From Candidatus Sungiibacteriota bacterium (GTDB lineage: Bacteria; Patescibacteriota; Minisyncoccia; Sungbacterales; HO2-52-23): a DNA stretch of 64,000 bases. The position numbers and the translations under genes are program-made. The notes below the pieces were generated by a model. That model ran no database searches. It was not told where the DNA came from and was given only the letters and a program-made list of their open reading frames with translations. Location: the NCBI GenBank assembly GCA_016180435.1, contig JACPBG010000002.1, positions 60,342 through 124,341 on the forward strand. The letters are read 5' to 3'. Within the stretch, counting starts at the first letter, position 1. Every line of letters begins with the position of its first letter. This document shows, in pieces, positions 28,293-37,611 of the stretch.

Positions 28293-29543
28293 TTGTTGGT
28301 GTTGTTTGCGAAATTGAGAATTTTACTTGCTATTTTAGTTGTTATACTTGTAATTGTCGTTGTCTTCCCGTTTGTTTTGAATATGGCAGGTTTATCTGCG
28401 CCGCAGTTTGCTTTCGTAGGAGATGCGGCAAGCGAACGCGCCGGTGAAGCCGGCATATGGCGTTCGGAAAACGGCGGCATATCCTGGAAAGAAATAAGAT
28501 TTCAAACCGGAGGCAACCCATTGCCGTTATCCATCCATGATTTGACGTTCCATCCCCATTATCGCGATACAGTATTGATGGGAACGCGGGGAAATGGACT
28601 TTGGAAAAGCGATAATAACGGCATGTCATGGAAAAGAATCAATGACCGCGCGGGTATTTTGCAAAATAATGCGGATATTTACGGGGCGGCAGTAAGTCCG
28701 GCAAGCCCCGCGGTTTGGTATGTGGCTGCATATCAAAACGGCCGCGGGGAAGTATTGAAGAGTTTGGACGGCGGATCAAGTTTTGCAAAGATATATCATT
28801 TAAACGGGGGCGGAATTCCGATTGTCGGCCTATTCGCATATGCCGATAATTCTGAGCGGGTTCTTATTGCTACGGCCAATGGCGGTTTTTTGCAGACAAG
28901 CGACGGAGGCGCAAGTTGGGGATCCGTTTCATGGAGTTCCGGAAATATTACAGCCATACGCGTGAACCCGGCAAACCCGGACGAAATAATTATTTGGATA
29001 GCCGGAGGTAAAATAATGCGCTCGCAAGATGGCGGCCTGACTTGGCGTAGTGTTAATTCACCGGACCGGGGCGAAACTTCCGGGATGTTTTCGTATAATG
29101 GTCCGCGCGTGGGACAAGAATCCGCCGGTTTGAGTACTGATTCCTTGCCGCCGGATAATTCATCCAAGCCGGGTTTTCAATTTGATCTTGGAGCGATTTT
29201 TTCACCCTTGAATAAGGGATCCGATGATTTTATAATAAGTCCATCGGATAGGAGAGCGCGTTATTTAAAATCCGGAAGTAATATTTATCGTTCGGGAGAC
29301 GGCGGCGGCTCATGGAATCCGGTCCACACCTCGCTTTCTCCGCGTACGCGTTTGGATGCGGTTGCCGTTGATCCGTTCAATGCTGATAATGTTTTTTTTA
29401 CAGCGTCCGGGGAATTTCATAAGAGTACGGATGGCGGCGCTACGTGGGAAATGCGCGATTTGCCGCCCAATATGAAGGGAAGAATTAGAATATTACGGAT
29501 AAGTACGCATAATCCAGAGATAATGTTTGCGGTGACACAATAA
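28293..29543 (+). CDS. Secreted or membrane-anchored protein with BNR/Ycf48-like (sialidase-type) repeats.
   Basis: N-terminal TM helix. Repeated S/DxDxGxSW motifs (SENGGISWKEI, SDNNGMSWKRI, SLDGGSSF, TSDGGASW, SQDGGLTW, SGDGGGSW, STDGGATW). Confidence 0.65.
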   Translation: MLVLFAKLRILLAILVVILVIVVVFPFVLNMAGLSAPQFAFVGDAASERAGEAGIWRSENGGISWKEIRFQTGGNPLPLSIHDLTFHPHYRDTVLMGTRGNGLWKSDNNGMSWKRINDRAGILQNNADIYGAAVSPASPAVWYVAAYQNGRGEVLKSLDGGSSFAKIYHLNGGGIPIVGLFAYADNSERVLIATANGGFLQTSDGGASWGSVSWSSGNITAIRVNPANPDEIIIWIAGGKIMRSQDGGLTWRSVNSPDRGETSGMFSYNGPRVGQESAGLSTDSLPPDNSSKPGFQFDLGAIFSPLNKGSDDFIISPSDRRARYLKSGSNIYRSGDGGGSWNPVHTSLSPRTRLDAVAVDPFNADNVFFTASGEFHKSTDGGATWEMRDLPPNMKGRIRILRISTHNPEIMFAVTQ

Positions 29544-29547
29544 AAGC

Positions 29548-29670
29548 AGTGATGCCAATCCTATGCGAATTTAATGCCAAGCTGGCGAATTGCGAATAAT
29601 TATTAGCATAATTAGCAATTTGTAGATTAGCATAAGATTTGTAGATTTGCATCATTGCGGTGCGAAGCAC
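29548..29670. repeat. Family D cassette, copy 2 (upstream of frr).
   Basis: See 12951..13072. Confidence 0.75.
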
Positions 29671-29671
29671 A

Positions 29672-30214
29672 ATGCTGGAGTTTAAAGTAAAACTTGAAAA
29701 AATAATTGAGCATCTCAAAACCGAGATCGCGTCTTTGCGCACCGGACGGGCAAGTCCGGCGCTGGTGGAGGATTTGGAAGTGGATTATTACGGCGCCAAG
29801 ACCCCGTTAAAAGCCGTGGCAGCAATTTCCTCTCCCGATGCTCGCCAGATTTTAATTCAGCCCTGGGATAAAAATGCGGTTCAGCCCATTGAGCGCGCGA
29901 TTCAGTCCTCGTCACTCGGGTTAAATCCTATTACGGATAAGGATTCCATCCGCCTTTCAATTCCTTCGCTTACCGAGGAGCGCAGAAGAGAGCTCACCAA
30001 AATTTTGGGGAAACACCTGGAAGAAGCGCGGATTGCGGTGCGGCGCGATCGGGAAGAAATGTTGAGAGAAATTGATAAACAGGAGAAAGACAAAAAAATT
30101 TCTGAAGATGAAAAATTCAGGCAGAAGCATGAAGCGCAGAAGATAATTGATGAGATAAATAAAAAAATAGAGGATATGGGGAAGGCGAAAGAGAAGGAGA
30201 TTATGACGGTATGA
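29672..30214 (+). CDS. frr: Ribosome recycling factor.
   Basis: IASLRTGRASPALVEDLEVDYYGAKTPLKAVAAIS...LTEERRRELTKIL. Confidence 0.9.
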   Translation: MLEFKVKLEKIIEHLKTEIASLRTGRASPALVEDLEVDYYGAKTPLKAVAAISSPDARQILIQPWDKNAVQPIERAIQSSSLGLNPITDKDSIRLSIPSLTEERRRELTKILGKHLEEARIAVRRDREEMLREIDKQEKDKKISEDEKFRQKHEAQKIIDEINKKIEDMGKAKEKEIMTV

Positions 30215-30430
30215 TGTATTTGCTTAGATATTTCAATTTTCAAACACGATTTGCTCGGAAACTACTTTTAAAAAACTTCGCGCCGACCCACCGTGTCGGC
30301 GCTCATCACGGGTCGGCCTCACTCGTTTCGCTTCGCTCAACACCGTGGCCGTTCGGCCTCCCAGTGTTTTTAAAAGCAGTTTTCCTCGCCTGCTGTATTG
30401 TTTCAGTTAATTTTATTCAAGGGAGGTAGA

Positions 30431-30470
30431 TGGGTTTGCTGAATGTAGCCGCCTGCGGCTTGTTTGTAAT
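30431..30470. repeat. Family G element (gggtttgctgaatgtagccgc plus a hairpin and T-run); terminator-like.
   Basis: Conserved 20-mer also at 31249..31285 and 34449..34490, each followed by a GC hairpin and T-run. Confidence 0.6.
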
Positions 30471-30532
30471 ATTCAATAAATTATGATATTATATTTAGGT
30501 TGCCGCTATATGGGCGCAAAAGAGGAGGTTCT

Positions 30533-30961
30533 ATGTTAGGAACCGTATTTCTGCTTTTGGCTATTTATCAGATTAAGCACTTTCTTGCCGATTTCCCTTT
30601 ACAAACGGAATATATGTTGGGCAAATTTAAGGATGGCTGGGGGTTTCTGCCGCCTCTCTTGGCACATGCAGGCGTTCACGCGGTCTTTACCATAATTATC
30701 GTGGCATACTTTAGTGGATCATTATATTTGGCGTTCGCGTTGGGGGTATTTGACTTTGTCATACACTTTTTTATGGATAGAATCAAAGCCGGCGGTAAAT
30801 ATCTTGGCCGATATAAAGCGCTTACTGCCAAAGAATATATATTGGCAACTCCAAAACAAAAGCAACATAACAAATTCTTCTGGTGGTCATTGGGTTTGGA
30901 TCAAATGGTTCACCACTTTACACATTACACGATAATTGTTTGTATAATCACATTGCCATAA
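30533..30961 (+). CDS. DUF3307-like membrane protein.
   Basis: IKHFLADFPLQT motif and four TM helices. Confidence 0.5.
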   Translation: MLGTVFLLLAIYQIKHFLADFPLQTEYMLGKFKDGWGFLPPLLAHAGVHAVFTIIIVAYFSGSLYLAFALGVFDFVIHFFMDRIKAGGKYLGRYKALTAKEYILATPKQKQHNKFFWWSLGLDQMVHHFTHYTIIVCIITLP

Positions 30962-31389
30962 GCAATATGGTTTCTATTTTTTGTGTCGAATCAGATTCGG
31001 CACATTTCATTTTAAAACACGTTCGGTTCGTTCAGCGACGAACCTCACTAAGCATCCGGCGATTCGCCGAGCACTCAATTTATCCCAAAATAGTTCCCGA
31101 GCCAGTCGAGGGACTACCTTTAGGGAAGTAAGTGTTGTAACAATAGGTTGAGTGTTCGGACCATGCCGAATCGCTTTCTGATTGTTTTAAAATCATATTG
31201 CCTCAGACCGCATCGCTCGCTTAAAATTTTTACTCAATGAAGAAAAAAGGGGGTTTGCTGAATGTAGCCGCCTGCTTGTCTATCCGAAGTCGAAAGGCAT
31301 AGGAGGGCGGCGGCCTCTTATATAAAAATTCCACCCGACTGGATGCCGGGTGGCACATATTGATTGCGGCGGCGGAGGCGGGGAAACTA

Positions 31390-31875
31390 TTACTTCCAAG
31401 ACACGCTTGCGTTACAGCCGTAGCCAATCGCGCAACTGTAGGCCATCGCGGTTTTTGTATGGCTGAGAGAAATACTGTAATCTCTGGTGGCAAGTAGAAG
31501 AGAAATACCACGATCGTTAAGGAAGATTTTGAATGCATTCTCGACGTCCTCTGCTCCGCCTATATATGATTCTTTAAACGGGTGCTGTGTGCGGGCCGTA
31601 GAAATAACAGGCGGTTGGTCAAGGGGGAATATAGATTTTCCGTCTTCCTTGTTATCCACGGTTACATAGAAGAGCTCATCATCCCTGCGGATGATAGTGA
31701 TGTCGGCATCGCCATCCGTTACTAACTTTATTTTTGGCCTACGGAATCTGTTGTCGAGGAATTGCCTCAATTCCATCTGGCAGTTACCCCCAAATTGTGT
31801 CGGTTGATGACTGTTGTCACTGGTTATGGCCTCCAAAACGCGCATATTATTCAATCGCATGGCATCTAAATTCAT
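31390..31875 (-). CDS. Hypothetical protein, paralog of 26761..27186.
   Basis: See 26761..27186. Confidence 0.45.
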   Translation of the reverse strand: MNLDAMRLNNMRVLEAITSDNSHQPTQFGGNCQMELRQFLDNRFRRPKIKLVTDGDADITIIRRDDELFYVTVDNKEDGKSIFPLDQPPVISTARTQHPFKESYIGGAEDVENAFKIFLNDRGISLLLATRDYSISLSHTKTAMAYSCAIGYGCNASVSWK

Positions 31876-31925
31876 AAAAGAACCTCCTAAATTTGATTAC
31901 ATCATCATAACAAATTTTAAATCAA

Positions 31926-32666
31926 ATGTCAATAGTTCGGAAAAAACAGCGGTTGGAGGAGATACTTATAGAAAAAGGATTGGCAACGGATAAAAAAGAG
32001 GCGTTTATTATGGTTACCGAAGGGAACGTGTTGGTGGACGGCGTTAAAATGGTTTCTCCGGCGCAGATGGTGAAGCCGGATGCGGAAATTAAAATTCGCG
32101 GCCATTTGCAATACGTGGGAAGGGGAGCGCTGAAACTTGCAGGCGCGCTGGAAAAATTCGGGAAAGACGTTTCCGGTAAAATTTGTGCGGACATCGGGTC
32201 GGCCACCGGAGGATTTACGGAGGTTTTGCTGCAGCATGGAGCAAAAAATGTCTATGCCATTGATACTGCCCAGGGAAAACTTGCGCCGAAACTTCGGGAT
32301 GATCCGCGTGTTTTCGTAATGGAGGGAATGGATGTGCGCGACATAAAAGAATTGCCTGAAAAAATTGATATCGCTGTAATAGATATATCGCTTATTCCGC
32401 TTGAAGGTATTTTGCCGTCAATCAAGAAATTTCTAAAGGAAGGCGGAGAAGTGATTGCGCTTTTCAAGCCGCAATATCAGACCCGCAACCCGAAATTATT
32501 GCGTCACGGTATCATAAAGGATGATGCGGCGCGGCAAGGGCTGCTGGATGATTTTGTCGTATGGGCAAAAGACAGCGGATGGGATATAATTGGACAAATG
32601 GTGTCGCCGATTAAAGGAGGAGAAGGAAATACGGAATTTTTGCTTCACCTAAAGCAAAAATTATAG
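31926..32666 (+). CDS. tlyA: TlyA-family rRNA 2'-O-methyltransferase (hemolysin A-like).
   Basis: S4-like N-terminus (KQRLEEILIEKGLATDKKEAFIMVTEGNVLVDG); FtsJ-like motif DIGSATGGFTEVLLQHGAKNVYAID. Confidence 0.8.
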   Translation: MSIVRKKQRLEEILIEKGLATDKKEAFIMVTEGNVLVDGVKMVSPAQMVKPDAEIKIRGHLQYVGRGALKLAGALEKFGKDVSGKICADIGSATGGFTEVLLQHGAKNVYAIDTAQGKLAPKLRDDPRVFVMEGMDVRDIKELPEKIDIAVIDISLIPLEGILPSIKKFLKEGGEVIALFKPQYQTRNPKLLRHGIIKDDAARQGLLDDFVVWAKDSGWDIIGQMVSPIKGGEGNTEFLLHLKQKL

Positions 32667-32738
32667 AATATTTAATTGCTCTAATTATTTTACTTGACCT
32701 GATAATTTTAAATTTTATGATTCTTAAAAACAATTTAT

Positions 32739-33056
32739 ATGCCTAAAGAAAATAAATTCAACAAGCCTTCAGAAGAAATCTTTCCCCGGCCTGAGAAGAA
32801 AGTGGTTTTTCTTATGAAACTAAGAAAAGAACTAAAAGTGTTTAGTGATTCGGTATTAGTAATCGATATGGCGAAATATAACGAAGAAAATAACCCACAC
32901 GGGGAAAGAGCAGACATAGCTGTATTGGTAAAGAAAAATCTTAAAGATGTAAAAGATTATCTTGAGGGCGAAGCTGGATTTAAAATAATAAGGGAAGGCC
33001 CAAGCCCAATATTTAGTAAAGATGATACTGCGTTTTGGCTCAAGATAACCGATTGA
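32739..33056 (+). CDS. Hypothetical protein.
   Basis: ORF only. Confidence 0.35.
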   Translation: MPKENKFNKPSEEIFPRPEKKVVFLMKLRKELKVFSDSVLVIDMAKYNEENNPHGERADIAVLVKKNLKDVKDYLEGEAGFKIIREGPSPIFSKDDTAFWLKITD

Positions 33057-33095
33057 AGTGCCGTATGGGCGGCTTCTATTTTAGTCGAAGTAATT

Positions 33096-34166
33096 ATGAT
33101 TACACTTATTCTTATTATTGTCGTAATTAGTATCCTCATTTTGGTCCACGAATGGGGTCATTTTTATTCGGCGCGGCGCCTGGGCATTAAAGTCGAGGAA
33201 TTCGGATTCGGGTTTCCGCCCAAAGTTTTTTCCCGTGTTAAAAACGGCATTACTTATTCTTTCAATCTTCTGCCTTTCGGCGGTTTCGTAAGGATTTTCG
33301 GGGAACACGGAGAAGGCGAAGGAGAAACGGATAGTTTTATTTCCCGCCCGCCCTGGCAAAGATTCATTATTCTGGGCGCGGGAGTATTTATGAATTTGGT
33401 GCTTGCCTGGGTATTTTTTAGCGCAGGCAGCGTTGCCGGGGTTCCGCGTCTTAGCGATGATGAAAATTTATCCGGCGTACCCGTGTCTATTATAGGGGTT
33501 ATGCCCGATTCTCCGGCTATGCAGGCCGGCATAAGATTTGGGGATGCGATTTTTGAACTGCGCTCGCGTGATATCTCGCTTCGGGTTGAGACGGAGGATG
33601 ATGTGCGGGATTTTGTTGCGGCATATCGCGGCGAGGAAATAACCATGGTACTTAAGCGGGGGAGCGAAATCCGCGAGGTATTTCTTAGGCCGAGGGTAAA
33701 TGTTCCGGAGGGAGAGGGGCCAATCGGAGTGGCGCTGGGCAGGATTGAATTTATAAAGACATCTTGGTATCTGGCGCCGATTGAAGGCGGGAGGGTTTTG
33801 GTCAGGACAGTGAGCGCGACTGTATCGGGTTTTTGGGAATTAATCAGGGAGCTTGCGGTATCCGGCCGGGCTCCGGTTGCGGTTTCGGGTCCGGTTGGGA
33901 TTTTTTTTGTGGCTGATGATACGCGCTCGCTCGGTGTTACTTACTTTCTGCAATTTATCGGGATTTTGTCGGTGAATTTGGCGATTTTGAATTTTTTGCC
34001 TATTCCGGCGCTGGATGGAGGCAGGGTGCTGTTTTTGGTGATAGAAAAAATAAAAGGCAGCCGCGTGGATCCCCGTGTTGAGAATATGATCCATGCCGCG
34101 GGATTTGTGCTTTTGGTGGTTCTTATGATTTTGGTGACGTATCGGGATGTTGTAAAGATTTTGTGA
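33096..34166 (+). CDS. rseP: RIP (site-2) zinc metalloprotease RseP.
   Basis: HEWGHF (HExxH) in TM1, a PDZ segment, and C-terminal LDGG. Confidence 0.85.
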   Translation: MITLILIIVVISILILVHEWGHFYSARRLGIKVEEFGFGFPPKVFSRVKNGITYSFNLLPFGGFVRIFGEHGEGEGETDSFISRPPWQRFIILGAGVFMNLVLAWVFFSAGSVAGVPRLSDDENLSGVPVSIIGVMPDSPAMQAGIRFGDAIFELRSRDISLRVETEDDVRDFVAAYRGEEITMVLKRGSEIREVFLRPRVNVPEGEGPIGVALGRIEFIKTSWYLAPIEGGRVLVRTVSATVSGFWELIRELAVSGRAPVAVSGPVGIFFVADDTRSLGVTYFLQFIGILSVNLAILNFLPIPALDGGRVLFLVIEKIKGSRVDPRVENMIHAAGFVLLVVLMILVTYRDVVKIL

Positions 34167-34498
34167 TGGGAAAAATTGTATTTTGCTCGGCAACATTATT
34201 TTGAAACATTTTTATTCGCCCTGCAGCCATAAATTTTCCAGAACTCCTATTCGGACAAAAATAATCGCTTCATACCCCGCATTTTTTAACGGGCTTCGGC
34301 CGCTCCGGCGGCGGCCTGCAGGGTCGGCGACTCGCTCATGCGTAATCATACCGAACCTACGTTAATGGAAAATTTCCGGCAAACAGGGCTCGCTTTATTT
34401 GATTTTTAGAATCAAATTGTCTCGTTGTAATTTTTCCTCATTGTGGAGTAGGGAGTTTGCTGAATGTAGCCGCGTTGCGCGGCTTTTTTATTGATTTT

Positions 34499-34550
34499 TA
34501 AACTGTATCTAAAATTACGCTTAAGCGTAATTTTAGATACAGTTATTTCT
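34499..34550. repeat. Perfect ~22-bp palindrome (aactgtatctaaaattacgcttaagcgtaattttagatacagtt).
   Basis: Seen directly. Could be a terminator or an operator upstream of the 34622 gene. Confidence 0.7.
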
Positions 34551-34621
34551 GTGGAAAACTTTGGTTGAAAGTATTATGGGTGCGTGCTATTATCCTTTTC
34601 AGATCGTTGAGGAGTATTGAT

Positions 34622-34876
34622 ATGAAAGAACAGCCGAAGCAAATTCCGCATCCGAGAGACGGAAAAGTGTGGGTTAATGAGACAACCGAGGCTTGGCGTA
34701 AAGATGAGTGTTTGTGTCTGAACGGGTGTGCGAATATGAAACCCGGTCAGCCGGATCATTGCCAGATCGCCCAGCGTCTTTTTGATGCGTGCGTAGATGG
34801 GCGAGCGGCGCTTATGGTTACGCGCTGCGGTCTCTATAAGCCGGTCAAGGCGGACCCCGTGTTAACTTGTTCATAA
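34622..34876 (+). CDS. Hypothetical small Cys-containing protein.
   Basis: ORF only. Confidence 0.35.
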   Translation: MKEQPKQIPHPRDGKVWVNETTEAWRKDECLCLNGCANMKPGQPDHCQIAQRLFDACVDGRAALMVTRCGLYKPVKADPVLTCS

Positions 34877-34908
34877 AAAAAGCGGGCAGAAAATTCTGTC
34901 CGCTATTA

Positions 34909-35439
34909 TTATTTTACTTCAATTTGGATTTCATAAGAGAAGAGCACTTCCTCGCTCTTCACGACTCGGAAACGGATGACAGCATCTCCGAATGCCATCT
35001 TTTTGGAAATGTCGCCGGGTATCGAGATTGAATAATGGTTTTTTCCTCCATCGGTTTGAAAATCATCCCAAAGTATTCGCACTCGGTTTTCGTCGTTCTC
35101 TCCCTTTTCGATAACCTCGTGGAGAAATGTACATTTTTTTTCACTCCGGCGCGAACAAGGACTTTTTAAGCCGTCTCGGAGTGTGATTGCTATCCATACT
35201 CTGTATTCATCGCCGAGATATAAATATGTTTTGGGAAGTGGGGCGTGAATGAGGTGGATGGGTTGACTATTGCGGACTTGAAAATACCCATCCATCATCT
35301 GGAAAATGTATTGCTCTTGCGGTTTTTCTTGCGCAAGTGCTAAACGGAGTGTTAATTGTCCTGCAAACGCGAAGAGCGTAGAAATAAAGGCAAGTGCGAT
35401 TGAAAACCGATGCCATCGTAGAGTCAATTTTGTTTTCAT
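34909..35439 (-). CDS. Hypothetical secreted protein (N-terminal signal/TM).
   Basis: MKTKLTLRWHRFSIALAFISTLFAFAG hydrophobic N-terminus. Confidence 0.4.
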   Translation of the reverse strand: MKTKLTLRWHRFSIALAFISTLFAFAGQLTLRLALAQEKPQEQYIFQMMDGYFQVRNSQPIHLIHAPLPKTYLYLGDEYRVWIAITLRDGLKSPCSRRSEKKCTFLHEVIEKGENDENRVRILWDDFQTDGGKNHYSISIPGDISKKMAFGDAVIRFRVVKSEEVLFSYEIQIEVK

Positions 35440-35603
35440 CTTTTTTCCGCCACGTGAAGGTACTATTGAAATGGTATGGCTGGGGATAAATAAAGTCAAA
35501 TACAAATACTTGCATTGTTAGTACAGTTATGCTATACTGTAATGTATAAGCTTAGTATTAAAACAATATAGGTCTTAGATATCAACATTTCTGTTGATGT
35601 TGA

Positions 35604-35712
35604 CCCCGTTAGAAAGAAACAAACATAGTAGTTCCAAAATTCCAAGCAATTTTTAACACAAGCCACGAATACGGCAATTAAAAACCTTTGTTTTTTTCTA
35701 ACGGGGTTGAAA
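35604..35712. repeat. Family E element with 12-bp terminal inverted repeats (ccccgttagaaa ... tttctaacgggg).
   Basis: Second copy with the same TIRs at 60994..61104. Confidence 0.65.
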
Positions 35713-36003
35713 GGCCATCCATACTCCCAACTTTTTGCATCCGGAGTTTCAGCTTATGATTCAGCAATGAATTAAGACGCTAAAGGTATACGAAATCCTA
35801 CAGCAAATAGAGCACGGCTGCAAAAAGTTGGGAGGACAAGTTTTAAGAGGAGCGAGGTCGTTAATAGTCAGAAAATTCGAAATTCGAATAATGAAATTCG
35901 AAACAAATCCCAAATCATAAATTCAAATGTTTCAAACGTTTAGAATTTAGAATTTTGATATTGTTTAGAATTTAGAATTTAGAGTTTCGGATTTAGTATT
36001 ATA

Positions 36004-36204
36004 GTGGCTTTTCAAGATCAACAGGGAGGATTCCAGGATGATCGCCCGAAATACGACATCACCTGTTCCAAATGTGGTAATCAAGGAACGGTTCCGTTCC
36101 CGCCCACACCGGGACGCGATGTCTTCTGCCGCGATTGTTTCCGTCAGAATAATCCGAATCCCCGCCGCGAATTTCGCGGACGCGGAGGATACGGATCAAG
36201 ATAA
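36004..36204 (+). CDS. Small zinc-ribbon protein with an RGG-like C-terminal tail.
   Basis: CSKCGNQGTVPFPPTPGRDVFCRDCFR resembles the N-terminal module of the Cys-rich paralogs (CxxC...VPPPTWCPxCR). Confidence 0.4.
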   Translation: MAFQDQQGGFQDDRPKYDITCSKCGNQGTVPFPPTPGRDVFCRDCFRQNNPNPRREFRGRGGYGSR

Positions 36205-36301
36205 ATCTAAAGGCCGGGCATTGTCCGGCTTTTAGATTTATCAATCTCTAAGTTCTAATCTCTAATTTCTAATAAAACACTAAAAATGTTATTATAGCAG
36301 A

Positions 36302-37531
36302 ATGCGTTACGATTATCTCATTATAGGCGGAGGCATTGCCGGAGTTACTGCGGCCGAAACTATCCGGGAGGAAGACGCCCAAGCCACTATTGCCCTTGTT
36401 TCGGAAGAAACGCATCCTTTGTATTCAAGAGTCATGCTGCCGCGCTATCTAAAAAGAAAAATCCAGCGTGAGCAGCTTTTTTTGCGGACCGAGCATCAAT
36501 TTACCCAAAAAAGCATTGATTTACGGCTGGCGCAGGAGGTTTCATTTGTTGATACTAAGCGCGGGGAGATCGGATTGGTGAACCGCGCGATTCTTGGTTT
36601 TAAAAAACTTTTGATCGCAAGCGGAGGCCGGGTAAAAAGCATTCCGGAGAATTTGCGCGGCGAATTTTCATACCGCCTGCAAACTCTTGAGGATGCCGAC
36701 CGGCTTTTTAAGAATTTATATAAAATCACAAGCCCGATCGTAGTCGGATCGTCTTTGATCAGCTTGGAATTATTGGAAATTTTTGCCGTTCACAAAACCC
36801 CTCCCGTAGTTTTGGTGCGCGGCCCGCATTTTTTTCGGGAATTTTTGGACGCATCCGGCGCTGAAATTCTTCATGCCAATTTCCGGGCACACGGCATTGA
36901 CGCGCAATATAATACGACCGTAACGTCGGCCGAACCGAAGGATAACATGCTTAAAGTGCTGACCAGCCGGTATAGTGAAATAATTTGCGATGCCATGGCG
37001 TTTGGCATAGGCATTGAGCGAAATATTGGATTTCTGCATGGATCAGGAATAGAATGCGGGAAGGCCGGCGTCAAAACCAATGAGTTTTTGGAAACAAATG
37101 CCGAGGGAGTTTTTGCCGCCGGGGATGTTGCGGAATTTCAGGATGTTATTTCGGGCAAGCAACACGTTGTCGGCACCTGGACCAATGCGTTTTTACAGGG
37201 CAAGTGTGCGGGCTTGAATATGGTCGGAAAGCGGGAAATATTCAAGCGTGTTTCCTCGTATTCCATAACCAATCTCGGATTTCACATTACGATACTGGGC
37301 GAATGCGATGGTGAAGGAGTAGAGGATATTATTCGGATTGATTCGGCGCACAGGCAATATGAGCGTTTTTTTCTCAAAGATGGAATTATCTGCGGCACGG
37401 CGCTTATCAATCGTTTTCCGGATAAGCCCATTTTGGCAAAACTTATTGAAACCAGAACTCCGGTTGGTGAATACGCGGAACAATTGCGTGATTTCAGATT
37501 TGACATCGGGAGTATTCCGGTGATACAATAG
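36302..37531 (+). CDS. FAD-dependent pyridine nucleotide-disulfide oxidoreductase.
   Basis: YDYLIIGGGIAGVTAAE FAD-binding fold, an NAD-binding region, and FAAGDVAE. Confidence 0.75.
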   Translation: MRYDYLIIGGGIAGVTAAETIREEDAQATIALVSEETHPLYSRVMLPRYLKRKIQREQLFLRTEHQFTQKSIDLRLAQEVSFVDTKRGEIGLVNRAILGFKKLLIASGGRVKSIPENLRGEFSYRLQTLEDADRLFKNLYKITSPIVVGSSLISLELLEIFAVHKTPPVVLVRGPHFFREFLDASGAEILHANFRAHGIDAQYNTTVTSAEPKDNMLKVLTSRYSEIICDAMAFGIGIERNIGFLHGSGIECGKAGVKTNEFLETNAEGVFAAGDVAEFQDVISGKQHVVGTWTNAFLQGKCAGLNMVGKREIFKRVSSYSITNLGFHITILGECDGEGVEDIIRIDSAHRQYERFFLKDGIICGTALINRFPDKPILAKLIETRTPVGEYAEQLRDFRFDIGSIPVIQ

Positions 37532-37611
37532 TTTTAAATTCACGAATCTAGCCCGAATTTTATTCGCGAATATTCGCGAATTTAATTCGTGATTGATTAG
37601 CGAAAAATTTT

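Noticed and set aside
30211-30429. 72-aa plus-strand ORF after frr
   Set aside because: It lies in a repeat/terminator-rich spacer and has low-complexity translation with no Shine-Dalgarno. Likely non-coding.
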